NCBI GenBank assembly: GCA_036770745.1
Contig: DAIPIQ010000059.1
Location: 1-20,519 of the forward strand
DNA: 20,519 nt
Reading direction: 5' to 3'
Origin: Opitutaceae bacterium
Lineage (GTDB): Bacteria; Verrucomicrobiota; Verrucomicrobiia; Opitutales; Opitutaceae
The position numbers were made by a program, and so were the translations under genes. Below, one piece after another: positions 1-7,819 of the stretch; position 1 is the first letter of the stretch; each line of letters starts with the position of its first letter. The notes beneath the pieces were generated by a model, which had not been told where the DNA came from, did no database searches, and saw only the letters and a list, made by a program, of their open reading frames with translations.

Positions 1-135
1 GCTGACGACCGAGGTGGCGCGCCCCTCGCCGAGGGGCGCGAACCCGAACCGCGCGAACAAGACCCGACCGGAGCGGCGGCATCCCTGCCGCCGGAGCGAC
101 GCGCAACCGGCGGCGGGGACGCCGCCGCTCCGCCG

Positions 136-924
136 GTGACCTCGTGCCGCTTCTCCCGCTTCATCGGCATCGACTACTCCGGCGCCGAGACGGCGGACAG
201 CCCGATCCCCGGACTGGCCGTGTTCGTGGCGACTCACGACGGGCGCGAACCCGAGGAGGTGCGGCAGCCGGTCGCGCATCGACGACACTGGAGCCGCGCG
301 CTGTTGGCGGAGTGGCTGCTCGGGGCCTTGCGCGAAGGGCCTCCGACGCTCGTCGGGATCGACCATGCGTTCTCGTTTCCCCTGCGCTACTTCGAGCGCC
401 ATCTCATCCCGCCTGACTGGCCGACGTTTCTCGACGACTTCCAGCGGCATTGGCCGACCGACGGCGGGATCTACGTCGATTTCGTCCGCGATGGTCTGTG
501 TGGTCACGGAGCGGCGCGCTCGGGCGACGCGCGCTGGCGGCGGCTGGTGGAGCGCCGACAGGGGCGGGCGAAGTCGGTCTTCCACTTCGACGTGCCGGGC
601 AGCGTGGCGAAGTCGACCCACGCGGGATTGCCGTGGCTGCGGTTTCTTCGCTCGCGGCTCGGGGCGCGCGTCCACTGGTGGCCCTTCGACGGCTGGTCGC
701 CCCCGCCGGGAGTGTCCGTCGTCGCCGAGGTCTATCCTTCGCTGTGGGCGGGCGCGACGCCACGGGGTGCGCGCAACCCCCATCAACACGACGCTTTCGT
801 CACCACGAAGTGGATGCGCGCAAGCGACGCGTCGGGTTTGCTGGAAGGCGTGTTCTCGCCCGAGCTGACGCCGGCGGAGCGGACGCTCGCGCGCCTCGAG
901 GGCTGGATCCTCGGCGTGCCGTGA
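136..924 (+). CDS. hypothetical protein; N-terminal FIGIDYSGA strand resembles the first beta-strand of RNase-H-like/ASKHA folds; function unknown
   Basis: The ORF track gives a 262-aa ORF starting with GTG at 136. The reading frame stays open (no stop) back to window position 1, so the true start could lie upstream of the window. The upstream residues are low-complexity, so I favour the in-window start. No confident family assignment. Confidence 0.45.
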   Translation: MTSCRFSRFIGIDYSGAETADSPIPGLAVFVATHDGREPEEVRQPVAHRRHWSRALLAEWLLGALREGPPTLVGIDHAFSFPLRYFERHLIPPDWPTFLDDFQRHWPTDGGIYVDFVRDGLCGHGAARSGDARWRRLVERRQGRAKSVFHFDVPGSVAKSTHAGLPWLRFLRSRLGARVHWWPFDGWSPPPGVSVVAEVYPSLWAGATPRGARNPHQHDAFVTTKWMRASDASGLLEGVFSPELTPAERTLARLEGWILGVP

Positions 925-997
925 GTTCCTTCAGCCTGGAAAAGTGAGTCGGAAGGGACACCGCGGCCACGGAGATTCCGCAGGTGGTTCCCCGCCT

Positions 998-1204
998 GGT
1001 GTAATCGAAAGTGGTGGCAACCTGCCTTCGTGGGCCGGGGTTGATCCCCGGCTTTTTCGGCTCTCTCAGTCGGAAGCCGGGGATCAACCCCGGCCCACGA
1101 CCACGGCATGCAGGTTCACCGTGGTCGATGCGTCCGAATCATCCGCGGAGAACTCCGTCGGTCTTCAGCGGAACCGAGGCATGCCACCACTTCCGATTTC
1201 ACCC
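998..1204 (-). repeat. Copy A of a ~200-bp TIR-bounded palindromic intergenic element (MITE-like), in orientation opposite to copies B and C
   Basis: Terminal inverted repeats: GGTGTAATCGAAAGTGGTGGCA (998-1019) and TGCCACCACTTCCGATTTCACCC (1182-1204), 20/22 complementary. Internal perfect 25-bp stem: GTGGGCCGGGGTTGATCCCCGGCTT (1030-1054) pairs with AAGCCGGGGATCAACCCCGGCCCAC (1074-1098), with a 19-nt loop. The ~100-nt module at 1099-1181 is the reverse complement of modules 4524-4617 and 11556-11635. Intergenic between convergent genes. Confidence 0.85.
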
Positions 1205-1281
1205 TTCACAACTTGGAATCATCGCTCCGTGAACTTTCTCCCGCCTCTGTGCCCTCCGTGACCCGATAGGTCCGGATCGCT

Positions 1282-2142
1282 TCAGAGGCTCATCAACGCC
1301 ACGGCCATCTCGTTGAGCGGGGTGGGGATGCCGTGACGCCGGCCGAGGCGGACGATCACGCCGTTGCGCAGGTCGATCTCCGTGGGCCGTCCGGCGCGGT
1401 GGTCCGCGTTGAGCGAGTTGATGCCGTCCTCGGGCTCGGAGCGGGTGATCTCGAGCACGCGGTCGGCGATGCCCGCGTCGAGTCGTGCGCCCTCGGCCCG
1501 GCCCACCGCCGCGGCCTCCTCCACGATCGCGCGGATGAGCCCGGCTCCGGCGGGGTTGCGGGCGACGGCGTTGGTCCCGCGGACGATCGCGGAGACGACC
1601 CCGGAGGCGTTGAGGCAGAGCTTGTGCCACGCGACCGTCTTGAAGTCGTCGACGCGGCGGAAGCGGATCTCGGTCCCGGCGAAGTGACGTTCGAGTTCCG
1701 CCCCGAGCGCACCCTCGGGCACGTTGAGGGAGATTTCGCCCCGCTGCCGGATGCGGCCGGGTCCGTCGCGCTCCGCCGGGCCCATCACGACCACGGGAAG
1801 GATGCGATCGCGCGGGACGACGGAGGCGAAGCGTTCCACGTGTTCGACTCCGTTCTGGAGGACGGCGACCGGCGTGTCGGCCGCCCGTAGGCGCGGCAGC
1901 CAGTGTTGGGCGTCGGCATGGTAGCTCTTGGTCGCGACCAGGACCCAGTCGACGGGGGAGGCGTTCGCCGGATCGGTGAGGACCTCGGGCCGGACCGAGA
2001 GTGCGCCATACGGTGTCGCCACTTCGAGGGAGTCGAACGCCGTCCGGGCGCAGACGGTGACGGCGTGACGTCCTCCATTTCCCAGCCAGGCGGCGACCAT
2101 GCCGCCGATCGCTCCGGGTCCGATTACTGCGATGCGTGCCAT
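1282..2142 (-). CDS. panE: 2-dehydropantoate 2-reductase (ketopantoate reductase, ApbA/PanE family) protein
   Basis: N-terminal MARIAVIGPGAIGG Rossmann motif and overall ApbA/PanE family architecture (~287 aa). I chose the internal ATG (residue 36 of the 321-aa track ORF) as start, because the upstream residues are low-complexity. Family-level assignment; the specific substrate is not certain. Confidence 0.75.
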   Translation of the reverse strand: MARIAVIGPGAIGGMVAAWLGNGGRHAVTVCARTAFDSLEVATPYGALSVRPEVLTDPANASPVDWVLVATKSYHADAQHWLPRLRAADTPVAVLQNGVEHVERFASVVPRDRILPVVVMGPAERDGPGRIRQRGEISLNVPEGALGAELERHFAGTEIRFRRVDDFKTVAWHKLCLNASGVVSAIVRGTNAVARNPAGAGLIRAIVEEAAAVGRAEGARLDAGIADRVLEITRSEPEDGINSLNADHRAGRPTEIDLRNGVIVRLGRRHGIPTPLNEMAVALMSL

Positions 2143-2258
2143 GCGGGGAAGACGACAAAGGCGGTCGAAGTTGTCCAACCCCGTTGCGGGGTGTTGGTGG
2201 GGTTCGCCCGAATCGCGGGTGTTGTTGCCGTCGTCCGCCGGCGGCACAGGTTGGGGGG

Positions 2259-3113
2259 ATGGAGGCGATGGACGCGGCGGAAGTCGGACGGTTGACGGAG
2301 TGGCGACTCGTCGTCGCGACGTTCGTGCTGGCGGGATTGCTCGCGTTGGAATCGGTCGCGCCCCTGTTTGCGGGGCGTCGCCGGCGGCTCGCGCACGTCG
2401 GCGTCAACCTCGCGCTCGCCGGGCTCAACGCGCTCGTCGCGGCGGCGTTCGCCTTCGCCCTGCTCGCGGTCACCGAAGGGGCGCGGGCGCAAGGGTTCGG
2501 ACTCCTCCGCCTCGTGGAAGCGCCGGTCTGGGCGCAATGGGTCGGCGCGATCCTTGCGGTGGACTGCTGGCAGTACTGGTGGCACCGGCTCAACCACCGG
2601 GTGCCGTTGCTCTGGCGGTTTCACGCCGTGCACCACGCCGACGCGGAGATGGATGCGAGCACGGGCGTGCGCTTCCATACCGGAGAGATGGTCCTTTCTT
2701 TCGCGGCCCGGCTGGTGGTGCTGCCCCTGCTGGGGGTGACGGTGCCGCAGGTGCTGCTCTACGAGGCGATCGCGCTGCCGGTGATCCTCTTCCACCACGC
2801 CAACGTGCGCCTCCCGGGCGGCGTCGACCGGGCGTTGCGCTGGCTGATCGTCACGCCGTGGATGCACGTGGTCCACCATTCGCGGCGACGGCCGGAGACG
2901 GACTCGAACTTCACCAGCCTCTTCTCGGTCTGGGACCGGGTTTTCGGATCGTTCCGGCTGCGCGCGGATCCGGCCGGGGTCGAGATCGGGCTGGACGGTT
3001 ACGAAGAGCGGGAATGGCGCGGGCTCCCCGGGCTGCTCGCGGCCCCGTTCCGGCGGCGCGGCACGGAGGGCGGCGAACAACCTCGCCGGAACGGCGGGCG
3101 CCGGGCCGGGTGA
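2259..3113 (+). CDS. sterol desaturase / fatty acid hydroxylase superfamily integral membrane protein
   Basis: Three histidine boxes typical of the family: WHRLNH (HX3H), HAVHH (HX2HH) and HVVHH (HX2HH). Several hydrophobic segments. The start is placed at the ATG of MEAMDAAEV, preceded by GGGGGG. The upstream part of the track ORF (2136-) overlaps panE and is Cys/Arg-rich junk. Confidence 0.7.
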   Translation: MEAMDAAEVGRLTEWRLVVATFVLAGLLALESVAPLFAGRRRRLAHVGVNLALAGLNALVAAAFAFALLAVTEGARAQGFGLLRLVEAPVWAQWVGAILAVDCWQYWWHRLNHRVPLLWRFHAVHHADAEMDASTGVRFHTGEMVLSFAARLVVLPLLGVTVPQVLLYEAIALPVILFHHANVRLPGGVDRALRWLIVTPWMHVVHHSRRRPETDSNFTSLFSVWDRVFGSFRLRADPAGVEIGLDGYEEREWRGLPGLLAAPFRRRGTEGGEQPRRNGGRRAG

Positions 3114-3114
3114 T

Positions 3115-4437
3115 TCACTCCAGTAGCGCGCCGTCGCGACGGAGCCGATCCTGTAGTTCCGCGACGGGTACGTCAGCGACCGGGATGCGGCGGCCGGCGG
3201 CGAGGGCGGCGGCCGTCCCGACGGCCTGGCCCATCGCCATCGTCTGGGCCATCGAGCGGACGCTGGCGTGGGCGTCGTGGGTGGCGGAGAAGCAGCGGCC
3301 GGCGACGAGGACGTCCCGACCGTCGCGGGGCACGAGGGTGCGGAAGGGGATGCCGACGCACTCGCCGGGCGGCAGGTAGGCCCAGACCGTGTCGTCGCCG
3401 CCGTGGTGGTCCTCGATGGGGGCGCCGCAGAGGGCGATCTGGTCGTCGAACCGGCGCGCCGAGAGCACGTCGTCGCGTGTGAGCCGGTAGCGCCCGTGGA
3501 CGCGGCGGGTCTCGCGCACGCCGATCTGCACGCCGAACGAGGCGAGCTCCGCCCGCTCGTAGCCGGGCACGCGGTCGCGGAGGAAGCGGACGTATTCGAG
3601 GGCCTGGCGACGACCGTCCATCTCCGCTTCCGAGAGCAGGCGGGGGTCGGTGGCGTTGCGGAACACGCCGTCGCGCGTCGCGGTCGAGGGCAGCCGGGTC
3701 ATGACCGTGGCGGTCATGTGGTCGACCGGGGTGATGTGGTCGCTGCCCTCCTTGCGCGGGAGGGCGTAGCCGTCGGCGGCGGCCGCCGCCATGAGTCGGT
3801 GGAACTCGGCCTTCGGCACGGTTTTGCGGCGCGGGAGGTCGACGTTCACCATCTTGAAGGTGGTCGTGAGCGTTTGCGCGGGGTCGGTCGCGCCCGCGAG
3901 TTCGTAGCCGATCCCGGCGAAGTGGCAGACGTCGGCGTCGCCGCTCGCATCGATGACGATGCCGGCGGGGCAACGGCGGAGGCCGGCCTTGGTCGCGACG
4001 ATCAGCCCGGTGATCCGGTCCGCCTCCCGCTCGACGTCCTGGACCCAGGCGTTGAGGAGAACGTCGACGCCGGCCTCGCGGGCGAGTTCCTCCCAGACGA
4101 CCTTCAGGTATTCGGGATGGTAGGTCACCCCCGTGCCGGCGCCGTAGGTGTTGGGGCGCTCCAGCCAGGCGTGGTGGCGGCGGAGGCGATCCATGACGTC
4201 GTCGGTGAGGCCGGCGACGACTTTGCGCGGCTCGGGTCCTGGCGTGTAGAAGCCGTAGAACGTGTCGAGGACGGCGGTCGAGTTGCCGCCCAGGAACGGC
4301 AGCCGCTCGAGGAGGAGCACGCGGGCGCCGCGGCGGGCCGCGGCGATGGCCGCGACGACCCCGGCCGAGCCGGAGCCCACGACGAGGACGTCGTGGGGGT
4401 GGAGGGATTCGAGGGCGGGACAGTGGATGGTGATCAC
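3115..4437 (-). CDS. FAD-dependent oxidoreductase (FAD_oxidored-type, GSGSAG dinucleotide-binding motif)
   Basis: Motif DVLVVGSGSAGVVAAIAAARRGARVLLLE. The ORF track extends to 4614, but the first ~41 residues are encoded by repeat copy B, and a near-identical peptide arises from copy A. I therefore place the start at the GTG (V60, approx 4437). A TTG at approx 4479 is an alternative. Start confidence is low; the gene itself is confident. Confidence 0.7.
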   Translation of the reverse strand: MITIHCPALESLHPHDVLVVGSGSAGVVAAIAAARRGARVLLLERLPFLGGNSTAVLDTFYGFYTPGPEPRKVVAGLTDDVMDRLRRHHAWLERPNTYGAGTGVTYHPEYLKVVWEELAREAGVDVLLNAWVQDVEREADRITGLIVATKAGLRRCPAGIVIDASGDADVCHFAGIGYELAGATDPAQTLTTTFKMVNVDLPRRKTVPKAEFHRLMAAAAADGYALPRKEGSDHITPVDHMTATVMTRLPSTATRDGVFRNATDPRLLSEAEMDGRRQALEYVRFLRDRVPGYERAELASFGVQIGVRETRRVHGRYRLTRDDVLSARRFDDQIALCGAPIEDHHGGDDTVWAYLPPGECVGIPFRTLVPRDGRDVLVAGRCFSATHDAHASVRSMAQTMAMGQAVGTAAALAAGRRIPVADVPVAELQDRLRRDGALLE

Positions 4438-4494
4438 GGTGTGCGGGAGGGAGGGTTCGGTTCGCCGAGTGCGAGGCAAGTCACGATCCCGGCG

Positions 4495-4722
4495 GATCGT
4501 CGAGGGGGGCAAGAGTGGTGGCAGTCTTCGGTTCTGCTGAACACCGACAGCCGTCTCCGCGGCCGGTTCGGAGGCATCGACCACGGCCACCACGATGCCG
4601 TGCTCGTGGGTCAAGTGCTCGTGGGCCGGGGTTTACCCCCGGCTTCCGACCAACAGACGCCGCAGAAGTCGGGGATGAACCCCGACCCACGACAGGCGGT
4701 TGCCGTCACTTTTGATCAAACC
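4495..4722 (+). repeat. Copy B (partly decayed) of the ~200-bp TIR-bounded palindromic element
   Basis: Left end ..CAAGAGTGGTGGCA (approx 4510-4523); right end TTGCCGTCACTTTTGATCAAACC (approx 4700-4722); these are diverged TIRs. The module at 4524-4617 has a ~20-nt insertion relative to A and C. The imperfect hairpin at 4618-4693 has arms CTCGTGGGCCGGGGTTTACCCCCGGCTT and AAGTCGGGGATGAACCCCGACCCACGAC, with several mismatches. The right end overlaps the last codons and stop of the methyltransferase gene. Confidence 0.8.
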
Positions 4723-5900
4723 CCATCGAGGGCGTGGCGCTCAACGCCGAAGAAATCCTTCAGCGCCCGGATCCGGGCGAGCGCCCGGTCGCGGTCGGCC
4801 GCGGCCGGCGCGGGGCGGAGCACGCCGGCGAGGAGGAGGTTGCGTGGCGTGTGGCCGGCGCCGACGAATTCGATGACGCGGGTCGCGTAACCCGCGGCCT
4901 CGAGGTGGAGCGCGCGCAGGCCGTCGGTCAGCCACTCGGCCATGCGCTCGGCGAGGATCCCGTGGGCGAGGAGCGGGGCGAGCGGCTCGGGCGCGCCCAT
5001 CCTCGGGCGCAGCTCCTGGTGGCAGCAGGGCGAGACGACGAGGATCCGCGCGCCGGCCATGATGCCACGGCGGATCGCGTCGTCGGTCGCGGTGTCGCAG
5101 GCGTGCAACGCGATCAGAAGGTCGAGACGCGGGGGCAGCTCGACCGCATCGATCCGCGCGGCGACGAAGCGGAGGCCGTCGCACCCGGTGGCTCGGGCGA
5201 CGGCGTTGGTCGTATCCACGAGCTCGGCACGCGCCTCGACGCCCGTCACCTCCGCCGGCAGGCCGAGGGTGTGGCGGAGCAGGTGCCAGACCCCGAAGGT
5301 GAGGAGGCCCTTGCCGCAACCCATGTCGACGACCTTCACGTCGCCCCCGGGAGGCAACGCGGCGTCCTTCACGAGGTGGGCGAGGATCTCGAGGAACCGC
5401 TCGAGCTGCCGGTGTTTGTCGGCCATCCGGGCGCGGACCTTTCCATCGGGCGCGCAGAGGCCGAGCGCGATCAGCCAGGGCTGCGCGCGGGCGTCGAGGA
5501 GCGGGTTTCCCGCCGCGTCGTGGTCGCGCGGCGGTGTGGCGGCATGGGTGGCGCGGTGGGCGACGAGCTGGAGTCCACCGCGCGGCGAGGGGCTGAGCTG
5601 CCAGTTGCGGTCGGTCGTCTCGACCACCGCGCTGCGGAAGGCGGCGGGGACCCGCCCCGCCAGCCACGTCGGGACCTCGGCGAGCGGGAGGTTGCGCGTG
5701 GTGTCGCGCTTCGGTTCACGCAGCGTGAGCGAGAGCACGGGTTCGCCACGGAGCACGACCATCCGGCCGATGATGCGCTCCGTCGCCGTGTCGGCGACCG
5801 GCTTCGTGAGCAGGAGGCGGACAAAGGAGCCGCTCGCGAGACTCGCGGAGACGTGACCGATGAACGCGTCGACCTGCGGGAGCGGGATCGCGGTTGTCAC
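4716..5900 (-). CDS. class I SAM-dependent methyltransferase (Methyltransf_32 / METTL25-like) with ~180-aa N-terminal domain of unknown function
   Basis: Motif I VVDMGCGKGLLT, followed by LHACDTATDDAIRRG and SPCCHQE. GTG start at 5900 overlaps the stop of the upstream lactonase gene (GTGA). Confidence 0.75.
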   Translation of the reverse strand: MTTAIPLPQVDAFIGHVSASLASGSFVRLLLTKPVADTATERIIGRMVVLRGEPVLSLTLREPKRDTTRNLPLAEVPTWLAGRVPAAFRSAVVETTDRNWQLSPSPRGGLQLVAHRATHAATPPRDHDAAGNPLLDARAQPWLIALGLCAPDGKVRARMADKHRQLERFLEILAHLVKDAALPPGGDVKVVDMGCGKGLLTFGVWHLLRHTLGLPAEVTGVEARAELVDTTNAVARATGCDGLRFVAARIDAVELPPRLDLLIALHACDTATDDAIRRGIMAGARILVVSPCCHQELRPRMGAPEPLAPLLAHGILAERMAEWLTDGLRALHLEAAGYATRVIEFVGAGHTPRNLLLAGVLRPAPAAADRDRALARIRALKDFFGVERHALDGV

Positions 5901-6727
5901 GTCAGACGGTAGGTTGCGGTCGCGGTTCCGCCGAGGATCGCGGCGCGCTCGTCCGCCGAGAGCGGGGCGAGGGCGCCTTCGACGAACCGGAACCAGCGTG
6001 CGTAGTCAGAGGCGACGAGACAGACCGGCCAGTCCGAACCGAACATCAGTCGCGACGGGCCGAACGCCTCCAGCACGACCTCGAAGTAGGGCGCGAGCAG
6101 TCCCGGCGTCCACGCGCGGCCGACGACCTCGGTGACGAGTCCGGAGAGCTTGCAGGCGACGTTCTCGCGCCGCGCGAGGTCGGTGATGGCGGCGCGCCAT
6201 TCGGGAGGCGGAGGACCGTCGATCCGCGGCTTCGCGATGTGGTCGAGGACGAACGACAGTCGCGGGTGCCGGTCGACGAGATCGATCGCGGCGGGCAATT
6301 GCGCCGCGCGGATGAGGAGGTCGTAGACGAGGTCGCGGTCGCCGACGGCGCGCAGTCCCGCGTTGAAGTCGGCGCGCGCGAGGAAGCCCGGATCGGGCTC
6401 GCCCTGAACGACGTGGCGCAAGCCCCTCAAGGCGCGCGCCGTCGCGAGCTCGTCGAGGATTCCCGCGATGCCCGGATCGGCGAGCGGAGCCCAGCCGACC
6501 ACGCCGCGGACGAACGGATCCGCCGCCGCTTGCGCGAGGAGCCAGCGGGTCTCTTCAAGCGACTGCCTGGCCTGGACCGCGATCGTCCCGGCGACCCCGC
6601 GGGGTTCCGCGACCTCGCGCAGATCCGCAGGGAAGAAATCGCGCCGGATGACCGCCATCGAGTCGTCGATCCAGGAGTATTCAGCGGGCGCGTAGCGCCA
6701 GAAATGGTTGTGGGCGTCGATCGTCAC
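5897..6727 (-). CDS. amidohydrolase-2 family lactonase (LigI / L-fucono-1,5-lactonase-like)
   Basis: N-terminal IDAHNHFW (HxH metal ligands), internal LDHIAKP, and C-terminal FGSDWP motif characteristic of the LigI/FucL lactonase clade. Only the last 276 codons of the 1118-aa track ORF are credible. The GTG start at 6727 overlaps the stop of the upstream gene (GTGA). Confidence 0.8.
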   Translation of the reverse strand: MTIDAHNHFWRYAPAEYSWIDDSMAVIRRDFFPADLREVAEPRGVAGTIAVQARQSLEETRWLLAQAAADPFVRGVVGWAPLADPGIAGILDELATARALRGLRHVVQGEPDPGFLARADFNAGLRAVGDRDLVYDLLIRAAQLPAAIDLVDRHPRLSFVLDHIAKPRIDGPPPPEWRAAITDLARRENVACKLSGLVTEVVGRAWTPGLLAPYFEVVLEAFGPSRLMFGSDWPVCLVASDYARWFRFVEGALAPLSADERAAILGGTATATYRLT

Positions 6728-7686
6728 GGCGTGGCCGGGGCTGGTTCGTCGAGCCCGAGAAGGCGGGCCGGATTCCGTTTCACCATCTCGTCGATCTCGT
6801 GGCGGGAAACACCCAGCGCCAGGAGACTCTCGAGGAAGATCGCGAGGCCCTCGGGCGGGCTGGGGTTGTCGGGCTGGCCGAAGTCGGAGGCGAGGACGAT
6901 GTGCCCGGCGCCGACGGTGCGGATCACCTCCACAAGATCCGCGAGCGGGACGGGCGCGCGAGAGAAGTTCGGAGGAACACCGCCCCGGGGGCGGGCGGAC
7001 GGCGCGTGGGTGAGCCAGACGCATTCGAGGAAAGCGCCGAGGTCCGCGAGCGTGCGCAGGTCTCCCGGCGTGGAGGCGATCGTCGGCGAGAGCGCGTGGG
7101 TGACGAGCATCCGACGGACGCCCGCGGCCCGCGCGGCGCGGAGCACGACGATCGACTCCTCGGCCGAGGAGTGGCCCGTGGCGAGCACGAGGTCGTGCTC
7201 CGCGATCAAGCGGAAGATCTCCGCGAGCGCCGGCGCGGGACGCCCCGCCTCGACCACCGGCACGTGCGGGCGGTCGACACCGGCGCGGACCACCTCGTTG
7301 GCGGCGTCGCGGGTGGGCAACCAGACGATGCGACCGCGCCCGCCCTCCATCGCCACCATCTGGCGGACGGCCTCGGCGTTGAGCCCGCCGACGGCGAGGT
7401 TGAGCACGATTCCGCCGAACACCTCGATCCCTCCGACCTCTCGCATCGCGAGGCGCGCCCGGTCGGCGGTCATCGTCACGTGGTTCTTCAACACGATCGC
7501 CCTCAGGCCGCGTTCGCGGGCCTCCCGGGCGAGCGCGAGATCGTCGAGGCGACGGGGGACGACGTCGGGTCCCGCGTGGCAGTGCAGGTCGATCGCGCCC
7601 GCGAGGTTCGGGAGCTCGATCGCGCCCGTGCACGGCGACGCCAGGAGGGCGAAGAAGAACGAAGGGTAAGGGAGCCACGTTCGCAT
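6724..7686 (-). CDS. exported amidohydrolase-superfamily metal-dependent hydrolase (IDLHCH motif)
   Basis: ATG start. Predicted Sec signal peptide MRTWLPYPSFFFALLASPCTGA, then AIDLHCHAGPD (HxH metal motif) and LASDFG near the C-terminus. First gene of a three-gene translationally coupled operon. Confidence 0.65.
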   Translation of the reverse strand: MRTWLPYPSFFFALLASPCTGAIELPNLAGAIDLHCHAGPDVVPRRLDDLALAREARERGLRAIVLKNHVTMTADRARLAMREVGGIEVFGGIVLNLAVGGLNAEAVRQMVAMEGGRGRIVWLPTRDAANEVVRAGVDRPHVPVVEAGRPAPALAEIFRLIAEHDLVLATGHSSAEESIVVLRAARAAGVRRMLVTHALSPTIASTPGDLRTLADLGAFLECVWLTHAPSARPRGGVPPNFSRAPVPLADLVEVIRTVGAGHIVLASDFGQPDNPSPPEGLAIFLESLLALGVSRHEIDEMVKRNPARLLGLDEPAPATP

Positions 7687-7819
7687 CGGGCGCGAGCAAA
7701 GGGACGAGGTGAGAGGGGCTCAACTCCGGGCTTGGGCGGGGCGGCGAAAACTCAACAGATTGCGCGGAGACCCCCTCGCGACCGACCTGCGGCATTCGAC
7801 ACCCTTCAGCCCACTTCGC

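Noticed and set aside
18-93. GC-rich hairpins at the window start (GCGCCCCTC-GCC-GAGGGGCGC approx 20-40; CGGCGGCA-TCCC-TGCCGCCG approx 72-91)
   Set aside because: Short GC palindromes of this size are frequent by chance at 70% GC. They lie inside an open reading frame that continues to the window edge. I cannot distinguish terminator from coding sequence without the upstream context.
1011-1232. Small ORFs across the repeat copies (1011-1232 +, 783-1109 -, 944-1261 +, 4481-4690 -, 4515-4715 +, 11494-11988 +, 11628-11963 +) sharing peptides such as PGINPGPR and MPWSWAGVDPRL
   Set aside because: The shared peptides arise because the 25-bp palindrome reads similarly on both strands. Copy C carries an in-frame stop in the shared frame. 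Substitutions between copies are mostly non-synonymous (S/A, E/K, N/K, L/P, Q/P, R/stop). The conservation is therefore at the nucleotide or structure level, not protein-coding.
1199-2593. 464-aa minus-strand ORF, and similar long overlapping ORFs (2099-3379 +, 3268-4890 +, 6799-8895 +, 8844-10373 -, 12991-15552 +, 18921-19805 -, 2124-3080 -)
   Set aside because: All are out-of-frame or antisense overlaps of well-supported genes, and all have Arg/Pro/Gly/Ala-dominated composition. They are GC-driven artefacts.
4438-4614. N-terminal 59 residues of the track ORF for the FAD oxidoreductase (ATG at 4614)
   Set aside because: It is encoded entirely by repeat copy B, and a homologous pseudo-peptide is produced by copy A in an unrelated context. 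The true start is more likely the GTG or TTG downstream of the repeat.
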